Source: Lytechinus pictus (taxonomy: Eukaryota). Taken from it: a stretch of DNA of 64,000 bases. The notes below the pieces were generated by a model. That model was not told where the DNA came from and made no database searches. It saw only the letters and a list, made by a program, of their open reading frames with translations. The position numbers and the translations under genes were made by a program. This document shows, in pieces, positions 25,590 through 37,730 of this stretch (position 1 is the first letter of the stretch; the number at the start of each line of letters is the position of its first letter). The stretch lies in contig NC_087251.1 in NCBI RefSeq assembly GCF_037042905.1, positions 40,860,001 through 40,924,000 of the forward strand, read 5' to 3'.

Positions 25590-25841
25590 TTTATGCATGG
25601 GCTTACAGCACTAATTTTCTTTTTTTTTTTCATTTCAAACAATTATATTTGCTTATACATGTACTTTAATTTGAGATAATGTCCTGTTTGTGATTTTCTG
25701 ATATGAAATATGTTTTATTATTTTGAATCCACAAAGGAAAATATAACAAATGAAGGGATTACACCAGAAAAGATGATTGTTTCGAAATTATATTCTTTAT
25801 ATCTCAAAATTATCAAAAAATTAGAAGGCATTTGATTTCAC

Positions 25842-25958
25842 CTGCGAACAAGACGTGCAGTTTATGTTGATCTTTCGTAATAGCAGCAGGCGTTGTAGTA
25901 ACGGGTCCCAGTAGATAGTCTCCACAGTTTAGATTCACTTCGAATCCAAGGTTTGATT
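25842..25958 (-). CDS. TGFB: TGF-beta coding exon 3 (prodomain, bowtie region)
   Basis: Acceptor (T)n-atttctcAG| and donor G|GTGAAA; 117 nt, phase 1 to 1. ESNLGFEVNLNC...LHVLFA resembles TGF-beta2/3 NLGFKISLHC...LEARFA. Confidence 0.88.
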
Positions 25959-27704
25959 CTGAGAAATAAAAAAAAAAAACATCAAAAGAATTGGTTAATA
26001 GCATACAGCCTGATGCAAACTATTGGTTCATAACCTTATAAACACACAAGAGTGGCGCCAGCGTTTTTGATTGGGGGAAAGCAAGATTACCAAAAAGCAA
26101 TATTGATTTATTTTCCTAATCTTTCTTTCTTTCTATTTAAAGTGAATATTATGTTATATGAACAAGTCGTCAATGCATCATTTCTTTTATATTTTTGCTC
26201 CATTGTTGTTAAGGGGTTGCTTATCTGAGTAGCACGCAACAGTAACAATTCATTACTTTAAATATTGTTTATGCAGTTCCACATGGCTACCTCTAGGACA
26301 AGCAATCTTTATTCGGTTTATTGTTATTTTTCAATATCTCTGATTGAATTGTCTCGATAGTTTTTTCTTAAGTTGACATGATTTTACGAGGTGAATTTCT
26401 TATCAGACACTGTCCTCACATAATCTAAAATGCTTTTTTTTTCATGTTGTTTATGACGTGTGTGTTTCATTAATTGATTATCGTTTTGGGATTGTATTGT
26501 TTTATCACAGGAAGCCGCTATACAAACCATGGGATTGAGAATAACCATTGCTAAAATACATTATATTCGTATTTTAGAAATAGTTAAAATGCATGGATTG
26601 CCTTCTTTCAACTAGTTTTCAAAATCTTTTTCAAAATCTCTCCATCTTCGTGCCTGCCATTTATAATGACACGGCATTGCACCTGTGCCATTCTTTCAGT
26701 CAACGAATCAGATTTGTTTATTCCCAAAACACACATTAAATAGCTGCTGAAATATGTACTTTGCGCATCAAAAAGTACATATGAATTCCCATGTTTGCGA
26801 GATTTTGACCCAAAATAAGGATAGAGTTCATGGGTCAATGCCATTATTTTTTAAAAGAAGAGGACAGGACTAACGGAAATCGTAACATTTTTAAAATCAT
26901 TATTTAAACAAGAGTTCCTTGAAGTGTTGTTTAATACAAATCAGGTTTTTTTATGAATTTGATAGTGATCTTGTAGTTTCAAACTATGTTTTATTTCATG
27001 TGTCCTACATATTTTTTGTCGTAAATCTATGGATAAATATTATTTATATCTCCAATACCGTTTTTTTTTAATCCTAATTGAAACAGATATAATGATTGTT
27101 GAGAAGGTGGACTCTGATATATGATAGTTTGTACTCTGTCTCGACTTTCTTTCTTATCGTAAAAAATAATGAAAATATCAATATAATCTTCATTCGTAGG
27201 GATACATGGTAACAATGGCTTCCGCAGACAAAATAAATAATAAAAAAAATACTGATTAAATAAATCTGGAGACATGAATAAATTTTATAGCAGATGGGGC
27301 AGTTTGGGTAGACTTTGTTTCTTGAACTTCATTAACATATGTGTTTTCATAAATTTTGATGACTGTATAAAATCTAGAAAAACAAATTACAACCACCAAA
27401 ATGTCAATAGTCTATACCGACAGGTCATTACAGCTGTAACCTGTAAATGTGTATGATAATGCTGACAGAATACAGCAAATACATTGAAATACTACTATAC
27501 TGCTTTTATACACACGAGCGTACAGATGGGGGATTTATGGGCACCGGATGCCAATAGTTCCACTAAAGAAAAAAAAAGGAAGAGAAGTAAAGAAAAGAAA
27601 GGGTGAAATGTGATATAATTTTCTTGAATATTACGTCGAAATCGATCACATTACATTTCAAAGGTAAAAATTTCGCAACATTTTTTTTAATATCCCAAAT
27701 ACCA

Positions 27705-27882
27705 CACTGTAAAAACGCTGTTTAAAATGTTAAACACTTACGATGTTTAAACCCGTCACTCGCACAACAACTGTTTCAACTTTTTAAACAAGTTCTTTAA
27801 AAAGTTTAAACAATTACAAAAAATGTAAACAACTTGTGTTAGAGTGACAGGCTTTAACATCGTGCTATTTTTTTTTACTGTG
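27705..27882 (+). mobile_element. CAC-terminal palindromic MITE (shorter copy of the 42460 family) nested in a hAT-like MITE (27518-27923)
   Basis: CA|CACTGTAAAAA ... TTTTTACTGTG|CA; the host sequence resumes afterwards. Confidence 0.7.
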
Positions 27883-29206
27883 CACGTTGCGCTCCCTAAA
27901 TTATTTTGGCTCATTACGCCACTATGTTAATGTATGTCAGTCATTTCGGTACCCCCCCCCCTTCTCTCTCTTTTCTGTATATCTTATAATCCTCCTCCCC
28001 TACCCTCAGCATCTCTTTGAAAAAATATATATGCTTACAAAATCCGAATATGTTATTTTACGTGTTAAAAATACTCAAAAATCCATATACATGTAGGTTT
28101 ACCCTCCCTGTTCATTGATAACCTCGTTCAAGGAAGTTCTTTTTCAAGAAGCACAAAATAAGACGATAATTAGGCCATGAGACCTTGATGTCGCATTGAC
28201 ATTGACACTATATCTCTAAAAAGACGGAAGCAGATGCAGCAATGAGCACCTTGTTTTGTGACCAATTTCATGATGTTTATTTTTTAGCCAAGTCATACTC
28301 AGGGAAAAAGTCGATTAAATCAATTTTCCAAAAATAACAGTGATTTGGCAGAAAAAACACACGCATATCTTGTCCGATTTGGATGTTTGAGAAAACTTGA
28401 GCCTGCATCGTATTATTCTTCTTTATAAGATATGTATATGTATCTTATAACAGCTTCAAATTAATATTGGGCAACATCATGAAATATGTTTAAAGTGTAC
28501 ACTTTGCCATCAATAATTGTATTGTTGCATACCGTATTTAGGTCTACGCTTGAATGTACAACTGTTTTGGTATGTCTGAGAGTTGTGAGATTAATGTATT
28601 TGGCGTGCATGTTCTTTTCAGTTATTTGTACAACATTCCAATCAATAAAATTCTCAATCTAAATGTCATAATGAAATGTTTCTTCCTCCTCTGTCTTTCT
28701 CCTTCTCTCTTCATTTCTATGTGACTGTGATACGCAACTTTATACCCTATTCCACCGCCTCCTCTTCTGTATATATTCTCCCAATCCGTCCTACTTACGT
28801 TCATTCCTTTTTCCTAACGTGATTTATTATTGTCCACTGATTATTTGGGATGTTATATTTTTAATATTATGTGTGTTCTATTCAGTTTGCCTTCATATAA
28901 TTTCAATTTAATGTATGTAACTGTTACATAGTTCATATTACTTTTTAGATTTGCAATATGTATCTAACCCGACGAGGGATTGATGTTATACAAGCCTAGC
29001 TTCTTATTAGTTCCTTTTTTTTCATGTTCTTCCTAAATCTTGCTTTGTTCATATTTGTATACAAATTATATATACATAAATCTTTATGATTATGTCATTA
29101 TTTCGATGAAGTTATATTATTTGTATTTGTATGATTTTGTAAATATTGTTATGAAAAATAAAAGCGTCAGAATCTGAAATAATTCTACACAAGATGTCCC
29201 AACCTC

Positions 29207-29660
29207 GGACGGAAAATATATCCACATTCATAATTATAGATACCGAGAAGATCAAATATGCACTCCACTGGCTTCAGACGTCAAAACCTCTGGCGGGAAA
29301 CTGAATGTGATCCCCACAGCAAACCTCGGATTGAAAGTTAGGCCTACTGCAAAATCAGTGCGCTTGCACTTATCAATAGCGTGTTCTGAGGTGTCGGAGA
29401 CAAGTGGTGCTTTCATGATCTTTAATGTAGAGTTGAAAACGTTCATTCACGACCTTCAACATTTTTCAAATAAATTTGCAAAAAAAATATATGATGGACC
29501 ATAAATACATATGTTGGCTTCGGTGAGATATATAGTGTTCATTGAATAGAAATTTAGTGTCACGCCTATCAGGATGCGGTAGACTTCAATAAAGAGAGAA
29601 TATTATAGAACGATTTGGGAGCGATTTTCCATTCCATTGCTTTACAAAGAGTTCCGTCCG
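29207..29660. mobile_element. Possible degenerate non-autonomous DNA element
   Basis: Only short inverted ends CGGACGGAA / TTCCGTCCG around a GC-richer core. Confidence 0.3.
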
Positions 29661-30142
29661 TCCTCGTCTTGTATGTATGAAAACGTGTCAATTGGGTCTT
29701 TTCAAAATCGGTGTTCAAATATTTTTGTATCACAATTTGCAGACACTTGACAAATTTGTATTTAACCGGTCTCGCATATTTGATATGACCAGATAATTTC
29801 TATTTTTTTTTTATATAAACATGCATTTTAGTTTATATACACCTCGTCTCTTTGCCCTGTTCCTTTTGTCTATTTTTATTCCTCGACATTAAACTTGGCC
29901 ACCAAGCTAACTAAGAGATGTATAATATAGATGTGTACTTTTTCTTTGTATATTGTATTTCGCGATATGCTGCTTGGAATATTATTACTTTCATATCATA
30001 TGTCATGATGAATCTGTCAAATTTGATAATTTGCTAGTGACTATCAACAGACGACAGCCTTTTTTTCCAAAGAAATTTGGGGATTTCCCGGTATCCATGC
30101 ACGCACCGACCACACTCTTGACCCCCGAGTTCAAAGGTCATA

Positions 30143-31226
30143 CAGTCAGACTGCAGGTCCCAAGAAAGTGGCTTCTTTCATCCAAGTGATATTCATGACT
30201 TGAGATGTTTTGCATATTTAATAAGCTTGATGCGGACCAAAACACCTCTTTTCATTCGGTCATTGCTGCTCTAATTATGCATCGAATTTCATGAATTTGG
30301 TACCATTGTAAAGAAGAAGAATCATTCTTTCAGGTCATGTGTTTGGATTTATTCAAAGATTTTGTAATATAGGTTAAAATTTTGATCTAAAATATGCTAC
30401 AAAATAAATATTTTCACCTGACAAAAGCTGCTATTTTCACACTTTATTTTTGTTTGAGCCCAAATGATTTTTATATCATGATAAAGCTGAATATGTATGC
30501 TTTGAAATGATATAGGTTTCAAAATAAGAATTGGTTTAATCGGGTCAAGATCACACTTTTCATTTGCCAAGTACATAAAGCAGATTGAAAACAAGTATAC
30601 TGCACTCTGATTGGTCAAAAAGACCACACAATGGCAAATTCCAACGGTTCCAGTGCTTGGGTTCGTGGGAAGGTCACACTTCCCATGTGGTAATCTCCTC
30701 AAATACCCCGCGCCTGTTGTTCTGTGAACCTTATCCAGCCAATCAGAACTCTGGATTTCATGCAAGTACAAAATTTCAGAAATCTCGTCTTGTACCTTGG
30801 TGGGAAAAGTGTGATCTTGACCCGATTAAAAGGTGCCGCATATCAAGAGTGGCATTGTGAGAAAGTACAGAAGTTCAGCTTTATGGTGATATAGATATCA
30901 TTGAGGCTCAAAATAAAAAGTTTTGCACAATTTGCAAAAGAAAACAGAGGAAGAAAATTCAGTTTTGAGGCACAATTTCAGGCCAGAAATTTACTTATTT
31001 AACAAAATATTGTATACAAAATAAATGACCAATATGAAAGAGTAACTTTTACTCTATCTGATGGTGCAATAATATTTCATTTAACTTGAGGTTAAAACAG
31101 GTAAATTCTTAGAGAAAGAAAATCTCACGAATCACGAGATTTTGCAAGGAGGAGGATTCAGCCACGAGATGATTTGGATGAATCTGGCCTTTTTGCTCAT
31201 TAGCATAGGGACTTGCGGTCTGACTG
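30143..31226. mobile_element. ~1.08-kb non-autonomous DNA transposon with CAGTC ends (Tc1/mariner-pogo-like) and long inverted arms
   Basis: TA|CAGTCAGACTGCAGGTCCC / GGGACTTGCGGTCTGACTG. Internal inverted pair ATCGGGTCAAGATCACACTTTTC (~30539) / GAAAAGTGTGATCTTGACCCGAT (~30805). Confidence 0.7.
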
Positions 31227-31431
31227 CATAAGTCAAGATTCAACGTTCAATCATCATAGAACGTAGCATCATTCTTTTTACTTTACTTTATTTTTCGTCA
31301 TTTATTTTCTCGTTTCTTTCAGAAAATGTCTGATGTATAAATTTAGGGTGGCCGTATTGCCATAAACTCCTAATTCACATTGTACATTTTGTTATTTCTT
31401 TCTTCAATGTTGAGTTAATATTTCAGTCCTA

Positions 31432-31670
31432 CACAGCAAAAACTGTGGTGTTAACCGGTGTACATAGAGGACCACACCAGTTATTTCACACCGGTGTTAA
31501 ATTGACGGTGTTATTTTAACACCCATAAGTGTTATTACAACACCTTGGGTTGTTACATTTACACTCTTTGGTGTCATGTTCAATCTCTAGGGTGTAATTC
31601 TAGCACCTCAGGGTGTGGTCCTCTATTAACACCAACTGGTGTCAGTTTTAACACCACAGTTTTTACAGTG
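31432..31670. mobile_element. CAC-terminal MITE with TA duplication
   Basis: TA|CACAGCAAAAACTGTGGTGTTAA ... TTAACACCACAGTTTTTACAGTG|TA. Confidence 0.75.
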
Positions 31671-32135
31671 TAGAAACAATCTATCAATCTTAACAGCACC
31701 TCAAGTCATGTATTACTCATCTGGCCAGCATAATGCAACATTATGAGCTGTGTAGTCTTGTAATAAAGGCCCACTTGAATGATAACAATAATTAATTAAT
31801 TACTCAATACATTAATACCACACCAATCGTTACCAAGTAGCTAAACACTATACTTTCCTCTCAAAAACATTTTACTTTCTCTGTATGAATAAAATTATAG
31901 CCTAATTTTCATTCCCTGTAGTATTGATGGCTATATAATATATCAATATGTATATTTTTCTAGAGACTAGTTATTTATAACACACAGTCTATGAGAGATC
32001 ACCCAAAGCGTTGATCAATTCGTTCCCCCTTTAAATGATAAAAAATAATAATACACAGTGCTAAGGACATGAGGATGCGTTATGAACTAGAGCATCAACC
32101 TATAGCGAGCCTGCAAGCGCACCTCACCTGCTTAA

Positions 32136-32298
32136 TACCTTGGTCACATTTGTTCTACGGCGGCCGTACGGCGAGTCGAAAACAGCCGTTTTAACATTTT
32201 TTTGTACCAGCTACATATAGGTGCTTTAAATAGAAATGAATAAAACGGCTGTTTTCGACTCGCCGTACGGCCGCCGTAGAACAAATGTGACCAAGGTA
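32136..32298. mobile_element. Young PIF/Harbinger-type MITE with perfect 58-bp TIRs and TAA duplication
   Basis: 32136-32193 is the exact reverse complement of 32241-32298; TAA flanks both sides. Confidence 0.88.
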
Positions 32299-33439
32299 TA
32301 AGGATCATTACCTCATGGTTTCAATATTGATTTACATAACTTGATAAAAATATCCCCGGGCCTATTATGAATAATATCCATTCACTCGGAGCCTGCTGGC
32401 ATCACCCCGGAACAGCAGCGAAGGAATCGCGTGTTTCAATAACTGTATCCAGAGAAGCATTGTGGAATCCCTACAGTGCAGAATAATTTTCTCACGGCCA
32501 AGGGGAGTTTGCGGGAATAGCGGTGCTACAGGGTGTATAACTAGGGCAATTGTCTTTATTTCTTGATTTCTTGAAGTTAGACAATGTGAGAGGAGACATG
32601 TCGACGGCCATTTATGATGAGGAAGGCTCAGTTGTGAAGTTGTTGCATTTGTTTTGTGTATGCGGATGAAAACAAAAATACATTTCTCGTTCATAGTTAA
32701 TTAGTTGACTGACTAAAACAAAGAGCTCTAGGATATGAGTTTTATCAAAAATGATTGTCACATTTTCTCTCTATCATAGATTGATAATATCGAATTCCTT
32801 TAAAATCATGAATACGACACAGGTCTCACAACCTCCTATGATGATATGAAACTGAGAGAGGTGGGGAAATCATCTTTTAATCTGTCTGATTCACCTGCCG
32901 TAATCTCATTGTGGCTGTAGGCAACCATTAATTTAACCACAGATAGATAATAATGGAGAACAATTTGATGTTGATGAGACCCACCCCCCCCCCTTCCCTC
33001 CTACCTGGAAGCACCTCAATAATCATGCCATCGCATGTCACCATCAGCCTCAGGTAATGGGGGGGGGGGGGGTTATCCCCTGATCATCTATCACCGATTC
33101 AGCATCACATACCAGACTAAAGGAAGTGGCAGACCAAAGACCTCCCAAAGAATCAAGAATGTTTCCAATTTTAGACTGACAGAAGATGTAAGGAGTCCGT
33201 AAGGAGCATGACGGGGGTCGGGCTATCCATCAGAATAGCGGCCTTTTATTAACTATGCTCGTTGGGTTTCTTTTTTTTTTACTCGAAATTTGTCGGCTTG
33301 AACCCATGCACTTAACCATTATAAGATATAGAATTATTTGCATCGTTTTCATGTGTAAAAATAGTAATAATGACACTTAATGGAGAATTTCTATCATTGC
33401 ATACTACATTATAATCAAAACACAACATTGGTACAGAGA

Positions 33440-33850
33440 AAGCGGACTTCCCGATGACCCCTTCCATCTGATGACCCGAAGGGGGTAGATCCTTGCGATC
33501 CTTGTCCAAGTCTGCATGTGCCGCATCTTTTCATTCAATTGATGCCTTCTCCGATCCCCATTCAATGCCTTCCTTCCAAGTCCATGTGTATGCCAATCGC
33601 GATCTAGACACGTAGCTGTCATCAGAAATCGGTGTCGTCACAAATAGAAAGATGAGTAATGAACGCGGATTGCTGCCAGTCTGTGACACAGTCTGATATA
33701 AACAGACCAATTACTCAAGCAGCCGCGGCGTGACTTGGTCATGATCCAAAACCACGTGGTCCCCTGGGCATCCACCAATCAGCGTCGCGCCATCGTCAGA
33801 CAAACATTATGACCATTGACCCTGCCCTATCCCCTCCTTCTCTCTTCCAC
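33440..33850. promoter_or_regulatory. Candidate intronic cis-regulatory module in TGF-beta intron 2
   Basis: CpG-rich, with no TIRs. Clustered CAGAC/GTCTG, two TGAGTAA, ACCACGTGGT, CCAAT and a DR1-like site. Confidence 0.4.
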
Positions 33851-35094
33851 GGTATAGACCTTTAATAAATCGCATTCTGTTAGACGTTGCAAATGGTTTG
33901 GTTAAAAATGCAGGTATTCGAGATACCATGGACCTACACCGAGATGGTAAATCTGAAGACTCGCGCCAACTGCACACCTTTTTCCCCTCAGACATTGCAC
34001 ATTAGGTTCAAAGTAAATATCTCGAATAACTGACAAATATACATAAGACGAGAAATCAGGCAAGAAAGGAACCAAAATTGGAAAGCGGAAAGTAGAAAAA
34101 TATCAAACGATGATTACCATTAAGGTATAGGCCTACTTATACCAACTATCGACGGATGGAAGATGGTGAACTTTGGCCGCGCACCTTTGTCTTTATTTCA
34201 TGAACAAATATTAATTTTTAAAACATTGACTAGTATAGTGTGCAACCTGGCAAATTTCAGTCATGTTTATCAAATATTTTCTCCGATGCAATCACGGGAG
34301 ATTTATTTGTTCGAAGAAAGATGGAGATTTACGGGTTTGTTTGTAGGGGTAGCCTACTAACCTATGAATTCCAAATCTCATAATTTTCCCCATTGACAAA
34401 AGTAAGTCACTAGTAATATTTCTTGTAACAAAAGTTTCTTTGAACATGTTGAAAGCACAACCCAACAGACCATTCTCTCGTTAAATAAACTTGGTAAATG
34501 AATGTGTTTTTTATTTGTTTTTGTTTTTTACTTCTCTTCATTTGCTGTGATGTTTATATTACTCCCCTTCATCGTGTACTGTATATCGTGAACAAATTGG
34601 TATATACTGACTGTCAAGAGATTTTTTTTTTTTTTTGGGGGGGGGGGATAAATTACTGAATTTGCAGTGTACGTGTATATGGTTGTGGTGAGAATACGGT
34701 ACAAATTATTCGAGTACCGACTTTGTCCAAAAAATCAGCACACAAAAATGTACATATATTTTGTTCATCATTATATTATTGAAAAATAAGATTACTACAT
34801 ATCTGACAAATCTCGTCAGTTGATTTCTTTTTCAATTTCTACACCAACAATGTCTATTTGCGACACTTTATACAACGCAACATTTGTACCGTATACTCAC
34901 GCCTGGAATTTATACTCGCCAGGCTTATTTATTCAGACTTTGTGCTCCATTAATGGGCTGTTGTAATCTGATTCATGTATTTTATTTTTTACTGAACTAT
35001 GTATTTTTAGAAAAGTTGAATAAAAGAAAATATTCGAAGTCGGTGAACCGAAATAACTTTCTTTGAAATCAAACATTGAATGAGATGGACTAAC

Positions 35095-35394
35095 CTGGGT
35101 CAGCTACCCATTCTCTGACGACATCAGTGACGTCATGAGCGAGCCATCCTTCTCTGGTGGTTGATACAGTCCAACTTGTCAAAAATCTCCTGGTAGGTTC
35201 TTCTGTACTGTTATATGAGGGTATGAGTTGAAAAAGGTCGATTTGCTGTTCAGTATCCTTCATTTCATTAGGAACCTGGTAAAGTCTAAACTCGGCCTCG
35301 GACACTTCGTCCCCTTGACTGTCATCTTCGAAAGACGTGAGGTCGAATCGGAAAAACTTGGAAAGTTTCTTAACTGTTGCATAATTTCCGATAT
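35095..35394 (-). CDS. TGFB: TGF-beta coding exon 2 (prodomain arm)
   Basis: Acceptor tttctctttatcaatAG| and donor G|GTTAGT; 300 nt, phase 1 to 1. Encodes FFRFDL...AEFRLYQ...QQIDLFQ...EGWLAHDVTDVVREWV, matching prodomain motifs AELRL, ELYQ and WLSFDVT.VV..W. Confidence 0.92.
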
Positions 35395-37628
35395 CTATTG
35401 ATAAAGAGAAAGGAAACGATATAAAAAAAAATAGAAATTAAATTAAGCCTTATCAAATCATGCGTTAACCCTTTCTTTTTATATCATGTATAATTTTCAA
35501 TAATATATCATGCATTTTGAATTGCCATATTTAAAAATACCAAAGCTCAAAAATAAATGGTATGACTAAAGGCATATACGGGTTGGATGGTTGTTCTTTG
35601 GTAATTTCTAACTGGTTTGGAGGCTTCAAGTATACCTTACAACTGACATAGCATCGCATCTGCTTGTTTCAACCCACTGAATGTGCCCAGGGGGCGATCC
35701 TGAGGGCCGGGGGCACAGTACCCCCTTTCAACTTCACTCCGCCACCCCTGAATGTGCCTTTATTCTTCTTTAGAAGCCACCCACCCCATTAATATAAGTT
35801 ACGGTGCTCTAGAGTCGATTCATCTCGATCCTGAAGGAGAAAGGTTCGACTGTCAAGACGAAAGTTTGATAACGTGTTTTCTATTCTGGCAGAATGCAAT
35901 CCCCAGCGCGAAAGCAATTTTAATGCATTCAGTACAAAAATGGTGACTTTCAGCCTTTCAGAAAACTAAACGAAATGTGAAATTGCGTGGTTTGGCACTA
36001 ACAATGCCAAGGTGCGACTCTGCTCCAACCATTCCATGTAACCTTCGATTAATAAACGGCGGGCAGTCAAAGACCTGGATAGCCAGACATCAAGAAACAA
36101 CCGAGGGATTATAATAACGAGCGGTAATGATATTGGTCGGTATAAGATTATTATGGATCATCTAGGGGGTTCAATGCCCCCGCATTAATCATTATAAAAC
36201 GACATTTGGTGATTTACGACAGAGGTCTAAATTGAATGGCATATTCCACATGTGAGTTGCTAATAAATTCATTAACAGAGTTCAATGACCATCGTCTAAA
36301 TCCTGGTCTCTCAAACACATAGATTCAACATCTTATGAAGTTCAAATAAAGATGTTGTCGCGTTCTTCCAGCAAGCAATCCATTCTGCATCTGTGCATGT
36401 TAGGGAATGTAACACAGCCATGAAGTCAATTCCTCAATTTTTGTGATAAACGGTAGATTGAAAATCTTCCTCCAACTTATGTATAATTAAAATAGTCTGC
36501 TTGGCATGTAGAGAATAAAGAAAATCATGATTGTCATAGATCTAAACAAAATAAAGTCATAGATTTTAAAACAAAACGGAGCATGCTTTTCGTTATTTCC
36601 CATAGTGTGACACTGACGAAGAGTGTGCATGACTTTGTCTTTCAAATTTATTAAATCTATTATATTGATTGGTTTAGATTTACTAGTTTTTACAAAGCGC
36701 ATATCAGTATGTCTCTATATATATATATGCGCATCAGAAAATAAAGGAAAGAAAACGATGGATTACTGAGTTCCTTTGTTAAGTCAGGTACCTTTTACAA
36801 TAAATAGGTTTTAAGAGCCGTTTTAATTGGTCTACGGATAATATGTTCATGATAAATCCAAGTTACCCGTCAAAATGCGAAAAAGAATAGTTCACTGTGC
36901 TTGGGGAGATGCTGTCTTTAGATATTGAAAGAATCTGTGCGAGCTAGAGACAGGGCATTGTTCTTACATCCATGCATGATCACAGTTCCTGAGCCACAAT
37001 TTACAATGGATGTGTTGTACCATCATGCTAGGCAACTGCACTTGAAACAATGTTGTCTGAGCGCTGCATATATACTCCGGCTTCATGCGAAGCAGTGTCC
37101 ACGAAACTTTGTATAACAAAATAATAAACTGTATGTTGTTGGCAAATTATGATATCACTTTTGCTGTGGAGTATAGGCATAAATTATATCTGGTGGGTGT
37201 TCCATAAAACTGTTCTTAAGTTTAGGGCGACTTTAAGAACGACTGGTGATCCTTTCTTACGCGCTAAATAATCAGCAATGAACATTGAATGCTGAATGTA
37301 ATTTACCACAAGAAAGGCTGCACCCTTCGGGTTTTTTTCTCGGAAAAAAATGTATGTAAATTATTGTGTAGCCGATCTCTGGATAGTTAATTGTGCGCTT
37401 CATGAGGAGTTTTCCCAAAGGCTTGCAAACCGATCAGCTATAGCTACTGTCCAGTCGAGTGCAAGTTGGGAATACTCTTTTGATGGCAATACACAGCCCA
37501 TAGGCTAGAATGGATCATTAGGTCCATATCTGATATAGATCACAGAGAATGGCGGATGATGGCGACGTGTTCTAACACACGTTATCTCGTTCATCATGTT
37601 CACACCCTGTCCTTTCAAAGATCGACTA

Positions 37629-37730
37629 CAGTCTCATTGGTGAAACCGCCTCCAAACCGATCAAATATATTACGTTATAACCAATGGCATACCATCGATA
37701 TTTATGGAGGCGGTTTCACTGGCGTGATTG
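37629..37730. mobile_element. Small Tc1-like MITE (hairpin)
   Basis: TA|CAGTCTCATTGGTGAAACCGCCTCCA / TGGAGGCGGTTTCACTGGCGTGATTG|TA. Confidence 0.55.

Noticed and set aside
32983..33072. Poly-C/poly-G tracts as G-quadruplex or regulatory signals
   Set aside because: Such homopolymers occur throughout the window without positional pattern.
33458..33492. CTGATGA followed by a CCC-GAA-GGG stem, hammerhead-like
   Set aside because: There is no GAAA after stem II and no stem I/III with a cleavage triplet. The minus-strand CTGATGA at ~33619-33625 also lacks the core.
35686..35700. CTCF-like CCCAGGGGGCG
   Set aside because: Only a partial match, and it appears to be the end of a small repeat fragment.
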